A stretch of 63,984 bases of DNA, filler included, from Blastocystis sp. subtype 4 (Eukaryota), in assembly GCF_000743755.1 (NCBI RefSeq). It is 5 parts of 5 records of this genome, joined end to end, with 100 filler letters (N's around TTAATTAATTAA, not from the genome) between each part and the next. Parts side by side here need not be neighbours in the genome. Positions count along the whole stretch, not along the records: positions 14,150 to 28,142 come from NW_014569277.1; 4 more parts are not named here. One strand, written 5' to 3'. The notes beneath the pieces were generated by a model. It saw only the letters and a program-made list of their open reading frames with translations, had not been told where the DNA came from and did no database searches. The translations under genes and the position numbers were made by a program. This document shows positions 14,150-26,134 of the stretch, in pieces (the stretch's first letter is position 1; the number at the start of each line of letters is the position of its first letter).

Positions 14150-14330
14150 GAAGCAGATGAAGCCGAAGGAAGAGGAGAAGGTGATAGAGGAGGAGGTGAA
14201 AGAAGAGAAGGAAGAGAAGAAGGAGGAAGTGAAGGACAAGAAGAAGGACAAGAAGGAGAAGAAAGATAAGAAAGACAAGAAAGATAAGAAGGAAAAGAAA
14301 GATAAGAAGGGCAAGAAGGAAAAGAAGTAG
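14150..14330 (+). CDS. 3' end of a protein with a KKD/KKE-repeat tail (as in NOP56/NOP58/Cbf5-type proteins)
   Basis: ...KDKKKDKKEKKDKKDKKDKKEKKDKKGKKEKK*, followed by TGTTTGTT at 14361; identity not determinable. Confidence 0.5.
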
Positions 14331-14444
14331 ATTTATATACGATGTGTTTTAAGTATCCGTTGTTTGTTGAATAAGTCGTAGTGGCTAAGGCGTTTCATGA
14401 GTCCCCCATTCAATCATAATACGCCTTTCATTTAAGTAGTTGTT

Positions 14445-16450
14445 ATGTCTACCTCTTGTGTACGACCTGAGCTGTATTTCTTTATCATGTACACGATAAT
14501 ATACCTAGAATTAGCTCTCTTTCTGAAGATGATCTTTCCCTTTGTGAGTCTCTTTGCAACTGTGGTCAAAGAAATGTCATCGCCTCCTTCACTTCTGTTG
14601 ATCGTTACTGCTAAGGATTGGGCTCATTACTAGAGATTAAGAACTTTCTGAGTGATGTACGATCAGTTAGTATCACCTATCCTGGAGGTGTCCCAAAATA
14701 CATTAGTACTGCCTCTAAGTTGATTGATGCCTCAACTAAGAACATAAATCCTTTTGATGGGTTTAAAGCTGAGGTATGGTATTAAGATGCTTTCTTAATG
14801 TTACAGATTCCATCAGGAGTCAATCTCGAGTATAACGGAGAATCATTCAAGGAACTGGAGAAACTTGGAATGGATGTGTTGAAGAACTGTGGTTTTGCTC
14901 TTGTTGGAGGAGGTATTGGAGAGAGACTTAACTCCAAGTACATCAAGCTTTCTCTAATCTCAGACTTGGTCCGTGATTTCAGTTTCCTAGAAGACTATTG
15001 CAGGTTTTTCCGTGCCATTGAAGTATGGTTCATGTCTTCAAACGATGTGTAGACTCGATTCGAGTGTGAAGTCCCATTTGCGATAATGACTAGCGATGGC
15101 ACAAATGACGAGTGATAACTGGTTGACTTCGTGATCTGTAGAACAATCAAGCTTCTGGAGGAACACAATTACTACGGTCTTAAGAAGGAAAATGTAACAA
15201 TTATGAAGCAGAATGGAGTTCCTGCCATTAAGAATACGACTTGTGAGATTGCTACAAAAGAGGATGGTCACATGGTCTTCAAGCCTCATGGACATGGTGA
15301 TATTCATCTTCTTATGAGTCAGGTACATTCAGTAGAGAGTATTTATTGTAGAATAACCTTCCTGAGAAATGGGTTAAAATGGGCAAGAAATATGTCATAT
15401 TCTTCCAAGATACGAATGGACTCTCTCCTCACGGTTATGCTCCTCTTCTTGGTGTATCTGAGAAATATGGTTATGATTTCAACAGTATGGCAATTGTCCG
15501 TCATCCTGGTGAGAAAGTTGGTGGAATCTGCCGATTAGTGAAGGCTTCGGGTGAGGAACTGACATGTAATGTTGAGTACAATCAGTTGGAAGGTGTGTTA
15601 TTGGCTTCGACAGGAAAGGGTGACGTAGCGAATGAACAGGGTAATAGCAAGTAAGAATACGAAGGTCTGATTGACATCCAGCTATCCAGGAAACATAAAT
15701 TTGTTATGCATTCGTTTGAATAATTACTGTGAGATTTTGAAAGAGAGTGGTGGTGTGGTTCAGGAGTTTGTGAATCCTAAATACAAAGATGCAACACGAA
15801 CAGAATTTTTAGCTCCTGTTCGTCTGGAATGTATGATGCAGGATTATCCCAAGCTCCTCATACATCACTCTTCTCCTGTTGGATTTGTTTCGTTACCTCG
15901 TTGGTTATGTTTCTCTGCAGTGAAGAACAGTGATCAGAATGCTATCAAACAAGCTGCTGCTAGTGGATATCCTGAGTCTTTCTTCTCTGGTGAGGAAGAT
16001 ATATACAAATTCTATCGACGTGTGTTACGTGAGCATCATGTGAAAGTGGGAGATGAGTCTTATGATCTGTCTCTTACTCCTGCTTTGGGAGTTCCTCGAT
16101 TCCCATTAGTAACTCTCACTGCGGAAGCTGGTCTTACGACAAGTGACATTGCTGCCCATTTTGGTCCAAATGTGGAGATTACAGATAGGTCTGTTCTGTT
16201 GGTGGATGGAAGAGATGTACTGATTGATAATTGTTTGATTGATGGTGCTGTTATTGTGAGAGCTTGTGTTGGTGCTCGAGTACACATTCATGATTGTGTA
16301 TTGAAGAATGAAAGTTGGCATGTTGAGACTGTGGATAAGGAGGATCCAGCTGTGGAGAATAAGTTTGCTTTAAGAGGATACAAGTTGGTGAAAGATGAAA
16401 CGCGTGAATTGGTATTTGATAAGCCTGGTGATTATGATATTACGTGTTAA
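14445..16450 (+). CDS. USP: UDP-sugar pyrophosphorylase (USP)
   Basis: TYPGGVPKYI, FALVGGGIGERL, KPHGHGDIH, FFQDTNGL, NVEYNQL, YPGNIN, EFVNPKYKD, RLECMMQDYP. Confidence 0.92.
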
Positions 16451-16482
16451 GGTTGTGAGAGTTTGATATGAATCAACATTGA

Positions 16483-17965
16483 AAAGAGTGAATGTTTGCT
16501 CATACAATAATGTGTTTGTTTGAAGATGTAGAACTGAAAACTCTCCCTTTCTATCGAATCGAATTGTAGTTGTAATATACAGAATCTCTTGTGCCTCGTC
16601 ATTACTCACTTGAGGACTCTTTGGGACATGAATAGTATTGGACACTTCAGAGACCTTCCCATCAATCAATAGAGAACATTGTATTGGTTTTGGTTGTTCT
16701 TCTACCTCCATAGAAATGGATATACTTCGACTTACGGGTAAGATATCCTCCCTTGAAAAGAGACAATAATTGTGATCACTCCAACACAGATGAATATCTT
16801 TCCCTAATTGGTTAGTATTTTTAATCTCTTTGTAGTCTGAATTTCTCAAAACTAGTTTCAATCCTTCCATCATTACATTCTTGTCTCGATCCAAATAGAT
16901 CTGATTCAGTGGAAAGGTCCGACTTAATTCTCTTGTAATAGAGGCTAAGGAACACAATCGCCCATTCCGAATGACCATATTGATATCATCTGGAGTCAAT
17001 CCACAAATATCCATAACAAATGATATTCCATTAATCATTCTTCGTTGGAGTCGATTCACAGCCATCCTAATATCTTCCATTAGAATCATGGTACAATGAA
17101 AGGAGCCATTCATTTCCAACACATATTCTATCTCCGTTTTGGTTGAATCAGTTTCATTCTGGATGTATTCATCAATGACTGCTTCTGCTTCTTGCAAAAG
17201 AAGTGTCTGAACACACTTACGAGATAAGTAATTCTTGACTGTTGGATCGGTATACTTGGAAACAATGATCTCTTTAACCATTTCTGTTAACGCATAAAAA
17301 CCGATGTAGCCAATACGCCAATACTTAATGGGAATTATTTGAGTCTCTTCTATACGTACAACCGTATAAATACAACTTCGATTCCTCCAATCAATGACCA
17401 GAGAATGACATGGGCTCACAGGTCTTTGGGAAAAGGTGCTTAGATAATAGTAAGTTAGAATACAAGGTTCTTTAACACACTCTCCAACCATGTGCAATTC
17501 CCTCAAAGTTTTGGTGATATAATCAATACTCTGAGCCGTGAAATGAACTGGTACTACCATCTTATATTTCGTTACCGCCTCCCCAAATTGCATCATGATA
17601 CAATCCAGAATATAACGATATTGGACTTGAAGAACTTGCATCAATGAAAAGGATTGACCATTATCAACTTGAAATACTGACTCTATTCCTCTTTTGGGAT
17701 ATATCTTGATATTTACGAGATTACTACTCATTTCTAGGGCTTTATCATATGTCTTCCCGATAAACGAATGCACATTCTTAATATGTGGATAACCAGATTG
17801 GTTTATTCCTTGAGATCCCTCTGTAATCCATTTATTATCCCAATATACAATATCTCGGATTGCTTTTGTTTGGGAGAGTTGGATGTCCTTGACTATATCT
17901 CCATATACTACAGAACAATAAATAGAATGATTGTCAATTCCCAGGAGAGCAATGGGAGTTGCCAT
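16483..17965 (-). CDS. Highly divergent Hsp70-like (actin-fold) protein, intronless
   Basis: LLGID, VVPVHFT, VKEP, SLVIDW, LLQEAE, LTPDDINMVIRNG in Hsp70 order. Start placed after the GATA poly(A) signal (17984); end inferred as poly(A)-made stop at T16483. Confidence 0.6.
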
Positions 17966-18102
17966 GGGATGAATGTGAATCTGAACAAACAACGATCCAG
18001 GAAGTTGTTTATTCCTCAATGAGTTCATTTTCATTAAGGTTTTGACGACGTAATCGATTACAGTAGTAGCACAATCGTAGACCTGTCGTTAAGACACCCA
18101 AT

Positions 18103-19574
18103 TCAAGGAGAATCAAGGATATGTCGATTAAATAACCGTCTCTTGATGTAATTGCCGGAGGCTCGGGCGCGTACACAGTACTCACCTTGACATTCTTCTA
18201 ATGGGGAGATAGTATGTGCGTTGTGCTTGTCTGCGCTCTTGTTATATTGGAGACCACATGCATTACATAACAGAAAACGCATAGGAGGAGGAGAACGACG
18301 CCACTTTGGAGTTGAGGTCATACCACAATGAGCGCAGATGCGGGGTTCATTCTTACGTGATCGAAGCATTAACTACAATCATATTTTTCTTCCACCGATA
18401 CCAGTTTGAGGGCAGCTACTGAATTGTCACCAAAAGGATTCGGAGGAATGTATGCAAAAGGAAAGTCCTTCATTGTATACCCTCCTCCTACTTCCACATC
18501 CTTTCCAATAAGTCGGATCGCCACTGATGTGTTGATGGGATCTGCAGGGTCGGCTAGATCCGTTGGACGAATCGATGAAGGATCACTGGTACTTGGATTC
18601 TGGGGTGACTGAATCGTTGAATCATAATCAATACTAGAAGACGACGTAGTTCGAAGAGGGGAACTGCGTCCACAGTTAAGACATGCCTTTGATTCTAAGA
18701 CTGATTAGATACTCTGTTTGTTACTGAGATTGTTGATGTAATGACAGTTCGAACACTTCCATTTCTTCTTGTTTCTCGATTGTTTCTTCTTGTGGCAGTA
18801 TGTGTCATCGAGATTGTTGTCATCCGAGAATACTGAAGTGGATCCTGATAGTCCACTGCTGTCTGCAAGTGTCTCTCCAGACGTTCCACAGTATTGATCA
18901 TCAAACAAAGAAAAGTTGTGCTTCGTATTGGGTAATGGACACTCACGACTAATGTCGGATATTGTAGTTACACAAGATGGACTCATTTGAATTGGCATAT
19001 TGCGAATAGATCCACTAGGTAGAAGACCATACTGCTTATTGTCAGTGTTACCTGCCAGTTGCAGTGGGTCTGCAAAAGAAAGAGCTTCATTCTCCATCCT
19101 GGATGGGTTCTCTTTAGAATCCATGAATGATGGGTTGAAACAGACATTAAGAAAAGTGCTACCATCGTCTTCCATATCAATGGAAACTCCCTCGAATGGA
19201 AGCGAAGAGAAGCGAGTCATACCTGAGGTAGTTGGTCCATCAGTAGACGTACACTGTTGTAACAACTGAAACTCCGAGACTGATGGACTAATTCCTGATG
19301 TTAACACATCATCGTTTGGTAAAGGACCAAGCATGAAGTCATCCATCTGAAGGGTGTTGAATGTGTTTATATCCGAACGGCCTGACAACGAGTTCAGGCG
19401 ACTATTTGACAAACTCAGAGAAAATAGAGGTCCAAGAGATAGAGAACGGGAGGACATCATCGGTTCTGGTGGAAAACTTGACTCCACTGATGGAGTCTCC
19501 ATACATACTTCGGCTTTGTCTAGACTACTCAAAGCCACTTCCGATTCAGGATTGACGGATGTAGCAATATCCAT
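18103..19574 (-). CDS. GATA zinc-finger transcription factor with an extra C2-C2 finger
   Basis: CAHCGMTSTPKWRR...LCNACGL (GATA); WKCSNCHYIN...ACLNCG (RanBP2-like); Ser-rich N-terminus. Confidence 0.8.
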
Positions 19575-19862
19575 AACCTGCCACCGTGATCAGATGATAT
19601 TATTAAATGGATATGGATATTGCTTCACACAGCAGCAGTTCTTCACACAGAGCGAAGATATTTGTATCCGTATTCTTCGCTCTTCGCCGATTTTATTATT
19701 CTATTTTATTGCGAGATACTTTTAGAGTACAATTCAATAAGCTGCTCCTTGAATCCTATGAGTGACAGGTGATTGTCAACTCAAATCGGTTTTAATTGTG
19801 AAGAACTCTATTTGTGAATAATTCTTGTTTGGAAACAAGGATGTATCAATAAAGACATGCAA

Positions 19863-20228
19863 CTAAAGAGAAGACTTGTCATTGCCATTCTGTGAAGATT
19901 TGTGTTTGGCTTGATTCATCATGGCTTTCTCCTCTTCCCTGGCTTTCTGAGCCCGTTCACTCACTTTCTTTGCGTCAAACAGCTCTATCCCGTAATTTAC
20001 AGATTATTATTCTCTACCATCACTGTTCTCTTTAGGATTCACATATCGTGGCTTCTGTGACAGATCTGCATTGATCTCCTTATTCTTCATACAAGCTCTC
20101 CAAGTTCGGTAGGCATCCTTCATTTCAGCCTTATCCCAGTGATGAACGGCGTCAATAATATCGTCCATCAAGAAGGCACATCTGTGCGGCTTCACCATTG
20201 AGGCATTGGGATACTCTTTTACACTCAT
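19863..20228 (-). CDS. Small hypothetical protein (2 exons)
   Basis: MSVKEYPN...HRCAFLM...WRACMK, a 30-nt GT-AG intron, then a helical tail ending in TAG at 19863. Confidence 0.55.
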
Positions 20229-20320
20229 GATAGAAAGAAATGAATATTTCGATTCAGAAGTACTCTTTCGTATTCTCTTGAATGCCGAATATGCCGACAC
20301 TTGTCGCAAAACAAACAAAT

Positions 20321-23300
20321 CTAATGATTCTTATCTCTAAAGCTCTTCGTAAGAAGTGCCGACCCAAATACAATTCCCATGGAACAGCTGAGAACAGACC
20401 ATCCAACTCGAGTCCACATTCCAGCATATAGAGTAGTCCGGTTTACTGGTGAGAAAAACTTTCGAATTGACGTGCAACTTTCATATAATGGAGACAATGA
20501 TGGCTTCTGGAATGATCGCAACAATCTAGGTCCAAATCCACTCCGAATCCTACTTCATATTCTTATAAACACCAAGTGGATAGCAAACTAACTGAGAAGC
20601 AGTATAAGCACAGGTGATGACAAGAAGGCATTTTCCCATCAACTCGTAATGAGCAGGTTGATGGTCTTCAGCCCTCAATCCCCGTGAATGCGGCATTGTA
20701 TGCGTTAGTCCCAAGTCCTGGAGGAAATCATGGTTGTTGATTCCCCATAAGAATGAGAATGTTCCGAAGAAGACCGCGTTAAAGAGTGAGCTATGTAAGA
20801 GCGAAGGGAAATAACCGCGGTACAACCGACTCCACATAGAATAAGTTGGAACCTCAGAAAGGTTGAGACTATTCATTAGAGTTTACTTCAGCCCCAACAT
20901 TCTCTTTAGGTATTTTCGATCAAATGGATGTTTGATAACTGAGACACAAGCTCCCACAATACCTCCAGCCAACGTGGTTTGAACTCCCATAGGTAGATCA
21001 ACTGTTAGTTCATGATCCTTTACAGAACGAAGTACCTAGTGATAAGCTTCTCTTATCCTTCACTACCAGTGGGAAAGCAATCAATTGAACTGCCCTCTCT
21101 AAGAATAACATCCAGGAATACCGACCAAAACAGCCAATTACTGGATTGACAGAATTCTTGGCTATTCCTGCCTCTTTAGCTGGAATATTTGGGATATCTT
21201 CCATCTCACGCATTACTGCCTTTGTCTGTCTATCTGATATTGTGATAGGGCCTGAAACATGACGATATGAAGTTGCTGACAGTTTTGGTGTTGCTTTGAT
21301 GGGCTGTTCTGGTGGAGGAACAGGCTCTTGCTTAGAAACATTAGGTTTCTTGGATCTGTCCCCCATAAATACATTCATTAGGGAGATTGGAGTGATATCC
21401 TTCTTGAGAAGATTCCGATAAGATGATAAATAGGTTGGATATAACATAAATCGGCCCTATTTATGACATTCCAGAATTATTATTACAAATAACTCACCCA
21501 TAAATCCACCAATCACATAGTACCAATAATTGGCAGAAAAACTCTCTTGACGCATTGCAAACGTCATTGAATATGGGACAGGAAAAGGAAGAGCAAGCAA
21601 TTGGAAGGGTGAATGCATCCGAAGTGTGACATCCTGATCTGCACTGCGATAGGAATGCAAGACTTGACGTTGAGTAGAAAGGAAAGCGTGTTGATTAGGA
21701 ATGATTTGAGTGATAAGAGAAGTGAGATTGGTAAGATACGACTGAATGGAAGAAGGAATAGAAGAGGAATGAAGGAGTTTCCAATAATCTTCAAAATCGA
21801 TTGTATTCTTGGAATGGAAGAAAAACTCCATTAATTGATTTTGATTCTCTTTGGTAAGAATACCCGCTAATTTAGCTTGTTTTTCAAATTCTTCTCTGGT
21901 GATCCTGCAAGGTTCGCTGATACCTGCTAGCAATACAAACAAGAGATAAGCAGCCGAATCTGAGGGTGAATCATAACGGAAGGACATGAGAACTGCAAGG
22001 AGCTGCTCATCGGTGTAGTCATTCAGGTTGTTACGATGAAGGAATTGATGGAGTGCTTTATTGATCTGTTTCTCATCTATTGGAGGAAGTGATGACTCAG
22101 CTTGTCCAACAATTGGAGGAGGATTGGAAGATGAGTCATCTGAGGAAGGGTTAGAAGAGGAGTCGACACTATCAAGATTCATATTTGTCTCAGAAGCAGA
22201 CTCTGTATTATCTGTTGATGGTTGATTCGATACTCCCCATGGTTCAAATAGACCTAAGACCCAATTCACTATGGAAGGAATTTGGAGAGACTGCATAATT
22301 TGTACACCAGCACTAGCAGCAAATTCAACACCTTCCTTATGTTCCTTCTTATCTTCCTCTTCGATAAAGACTCGTTGTAACAATGATACGAGAAGATGAA
22401 TACGTTTCTCCAAAGCCTCATCAATCACTATATCAGGTTCCTTTTGACTCTTCACTTCTTTAAATCCTTCATTCATTCGATCAACAGAATCTCCCATCTT
22501 GTAGAATCGTAATCCTTCTACTGTTTCTTTTAGTAAAGCCCGAGCAGCGTCTGTCGAAGGATCTCGAAGTTGTTTCAAGATAGTGTCCATACCGAGGAAG
22601 CGGGAATCCGTAAAGTATTGTAACACTGCTGGATCACACACATATACAGTAGTATGGTCCTCTGTTACAGTATAAGTTGCATCACAAGGCTGATTCATGA
22701 TTAATGAAGAGAGACATGGGAATGAACCAGATCGCAACAATCGCTGACTTCCTTTCCAACCTTTCTTCTCTCCTTCTGTTCGTTCAACACATCCCTTATC
22801 GATATAAAAGAGATATGAAGAATTATAACCCTCTCGACTTAGTATATCTCCTTGTTCTAATTGAACCTTGTAGAAGTAATAACTCAGACGATACAGATCT
22901 CTGTATCCAAGACTTTGAAAGAGAGGATGTTGCTTCATACTGCGAATGAGGCGAAATCGTTCCAATTTATGAATCCCAGGAGCCTCTTTTGAGACTGCTT
23001 GAAGAGTACTGGCTGATACACATCCCAGGGCTGCCACATCATCTGCTGTTATTCGTACGAGCTGCTGACCATCAGAAGGATGAGCAGCAACTCCTAACAG
23101 AGACATTGTCCCACGATGTTCAAGAAGCTCCTCTCCAATTGACTCAATCCATTGATTGAAATGAACATCTCCACGGAGAAGGGTGCAGAGAGTCATATCT
23201 GCGGAGAACAACTGAAGAACATCACCAGGGAGATAAAATGAGCTAATGAATGAATGATCGGAGTTACACTTACAGTTTCATCGAATGGAGAATGGAAGCA

Positions 23301-24523
23301 ATAGATGCTTGTGAAGCACGTCCTAATATTCGTGTAAGTCGCAACTGAGTCTGAAGGTATTTCAAGTCAGCTGGGGTGAGTAGTGATGGGATATCCTGTG
23401 TGATTGGCACCACGGTTTCTTCCTCCTTCTGATCATTCACATTCTCTTCCTTTGTAGAATCATTCGCTTCTTCCTTCTCTTCACTCCCACTGCCTTCATT
23501 CTCAATTACTTTCTGAATTGCTTTAGCCAATACTTCAGCTGAATAACCTCCCACAGAGCAGTAGCTACTCTCATCCGTACCTCGTAGAAACACTTCCTTC
23601 GAGAATGTTGCTCCTCGCAATAAAGGAAGTCCCACTTCACTGGAGAAGCTATATGGAAGATATTCTGTGGAAGGAACTGTTTGTGGTAACACTCCCATTG
23701 CTTTCAAAACGACTGCAACGGTATGACTACAGAAGAACTCAGCATTTGTATCCTCCGTCTCTAGACGACTATGACGTTCCTTTTGAATGTCCTCTCGTAA
23801 CTTGGATAACTCGTTTGACACATTGTTCTGTGAATGAAGTAAGAGGTCGTATGTAAAGGGATCTAGAACTGTTGTCCTCAGAGTTTCCTAGAGGAAACCA
23901 AAACGAAACATCCTTACAGCGATCTCCTTTTGACGTTGTACTAAAAGATACTCACGATTCTGCAATAAAACTCTCTTAAGCTTTTGAGGACTCCACAGTC
24001 CCGCTTTTAGAAGGGTATTAGTATCACTCATATACGGCTTTCCTTCCATTCCTTTTACCAAATTCCAGATTTCCTTCCTTTGCTTATCGGTTCGTGTAAT
24101 CTACAGTCGAATTCTCTCTCCACTTCTCACACGAAGATATCGTACAGCAATAGCAGGCGCTTTACTGTGCTGGAGACGATCATCCACTTCGAATAACTAT
24201 AAATAATCAAGTATTGGATGAAGTACTTGGATTCCATTCAAGGCTGCTTCTAAAGCATATACTTTATTCGTTTCGGGATCTCTGATAACAACACAGATAT
24301 GATCCCAGGGAGAGTATTGCTATTCTCAAATCCATTTCCCTTTACTTACTTTTGCACCGTAACAGAGCATTGCACCAAATAGACTCATGTCTGAACATCT
24401 TCTTGAGAAGAGGAGAATGTCTCCTGTGTCGAGATCATTTGGAACAAGGGTATCATGGTTTAGAACGTGAAAATGATCTTTTTGAAGGCGATAGAACTCT
24501 GAAGCATCAATTTTTCCATCCAT
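20321..24523 (-). CDS. Fusion: permuted NlpC/P60 domain + cNMP-binding domains + EF-hand-like region + mitochondrial carrier (SLC25)
   Basis: In frame across ~30-nt GT-AG introns. Motifs TGDILLF, PWDH, FFCSHTVA; QGDILSREG...FYIDKGCV; TIDFEDY; carrier motifs GRFMLYP, HPFDRK, LYRG, CYPL, LYAG. Confidence 0.75.
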
Positions 24524-24607
24524 TGTACTCCCTCAAAATATCAATGACAACAACTTATCAAACAAACAACACAGAGCTAATGGAATTAACTATGACCGAA
24601 TCACTCT

Positions 24608-25744
24608 TTAGGCTTCCACAGGCTTAGGCTCCTGATCATCATAGCTGAAGCACTTGAAGCGAATAACCTTATTGAACATGAAGTTACCGAACAGAAGAAC
24701 GACAAAACCAATCAACTCGACGAGCGAAGCCAACTCAATCTTCTCTCCGTGCTCATGATCGAAGAAATAGATAATGATATTGACAATCCAAATACACATG
24801 GTACGGACAGCCTCCAAAATGGTTCTGTGCACAGCAGAGAACGTCTGAGTGACCATCATACCGAAGAGGTTGTAGAACAGAATGGCCAGAATGTAGAAGA
24901 TGATCAACCACATCAGAGCCTTGCTGTGAGCAAGCATGTAGAAGGTCTGAATGGTATCCTCATGGAACACAGCCATAACCAAATCACTCTTAGAGTTCGT
25001 GTTCTGGACAATAAGCAGACAAAGTCCACCAATGAGACCACCCCACATTCCCTCAAGACCAACAATCAAGGAAGCAGCAGCCTTCACATTCTTAAGAAGA
25101 TACTCCTCAATGACAATCTGGGAAGCCTGAATGATCTGAGCGCCAACGACCAGACAAATGGACATCGTAATCTCAGCAGGTGTAGAAACGTGCTTGCTGG
25201 GATTCACGGGATCCTTACTCTTCATGAAGGTAGAGCAAGACACAGTAATCAGACCAATGAATACACAAGTAATACCAGTCCAGTGGAAGCAACGATACTT
25301 CTTGTGGAGGAAGATAATGGAAAGAATGGCGGAGAAAATGACCATCGATCCACGAAGCATCTGCCACACAGAGGCATCGAGGTAGAACAGACCAATATTC
25401 ATCAGACTAGTAGCAACCAAATCACACATAGCAGGGGCAGCGACATAGAAATAATGCTTGCAATGCTGAATAGAGTCATCAGCTTGAGGAATCAGATTAG
25501 CCTCAGCATCCTTCTTAGCCTTGCACTGTCTAGTGCAACGGGTAACCTCGTACACAATCAGGCAGGAAAGCATACCAATGAACATAGACTCTGTCTGGAA
25601 CCAGGGCTTCTGGAAATCAACAATTCCCTCACCAGGCTTTCCAAGAGCCTTCATACCGAATACGTACTTCTGGATAACGACAGTTGCCGTTCCGAACAAA
25701 AGCATTCCAGGAATGCAGGACTTCTTAGTGAACTCACTCACCAT
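24608..25744 (-). CDS. SLC35F6-like DMT/nucleotide-sugar transporter family protein
   Basis: About 10 TMs; FQKPWFQT, PAMCDL, ASVWQMLRGS, VGLEGMWG, SAVHRTILEAVRT; intronless; TGTTTGTT at 24561-24568. Confidence 0.88.
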   Translation of the reverse strand: MVSEFTKKSCIPGMLLFGTATVVIQKYVFGMKALGKPGEGIVDFQKPWFQTESMFIGMLSCLIVYEVTRCTRQCKAKKDAEANLIPQADDSIQHCKHYFYVAAPAMCDLVATSLMNIGLFYLDASVWQMLRGSMVIFSAILSIIFLHKKYRCFHWTGITCVFIGLITVSCSTFMKSKDPVNPSKHVSTPAEITMSICLVVGAQIIQASQIVIEEYLLKNVKAAASLIVGLEGMWGGLIGGLCLLIVQNTNSKSDLVMAVFHEDTIQTFYMLAHSKALMWLIIFYILAILFYNLFGMMVTQTFSAVHRTILEAVRTMCIWIVNIIIYFFDHEHGEKIELASLVELIGFVVLLFGNFMFNKVIRFKCFSYDDQEPKPVEA

Positions 25745-26134
25745 TCTACAAAATAAGAACTCCGTGATCCATTTCCAACCTTTCCTCTTATTGTTAAAGG
25801 GTTTTATGGCAATTCAAATTGTGGTTGCATCTTGCCACGACGGTCGTCTTACAATGATAAATGGATTATACAGAAGTATTTATTTCTGCATAATCAATTG
25901 TGTTATGACACTGAGATTCCGACGTGTTCTATCAGGCGGATCCGCTTGTTTAACCCAAGAACCGCTGCCGTCACATTTCCCCTTTTCGTTTTACTAGTTT
26001 CGAAATTGGATAACTCTAAAGGACATCAGATGCGAGTTTGAATAATCAAGAACAATATGCAGGCGGTTTTTTTGGTCAACTTACAATCACGAATGCCGAA
26101 GCAAAAGGGTTCAAACAAACAAAACACATACAAA

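Noticed and set aside
16370..16482. Apparent coding overlap between USP and the Hsp70-like gene
   Set aside because: Disappears if the Hsp70-like stop is made by poly(A) at 16483
24749..25756. 335-aa ORF on + opposite the SLC35F6-like gene
   Set aside because: Antisense shadow nearly coextensive with a codon-biased real gene; no recognisable motifs
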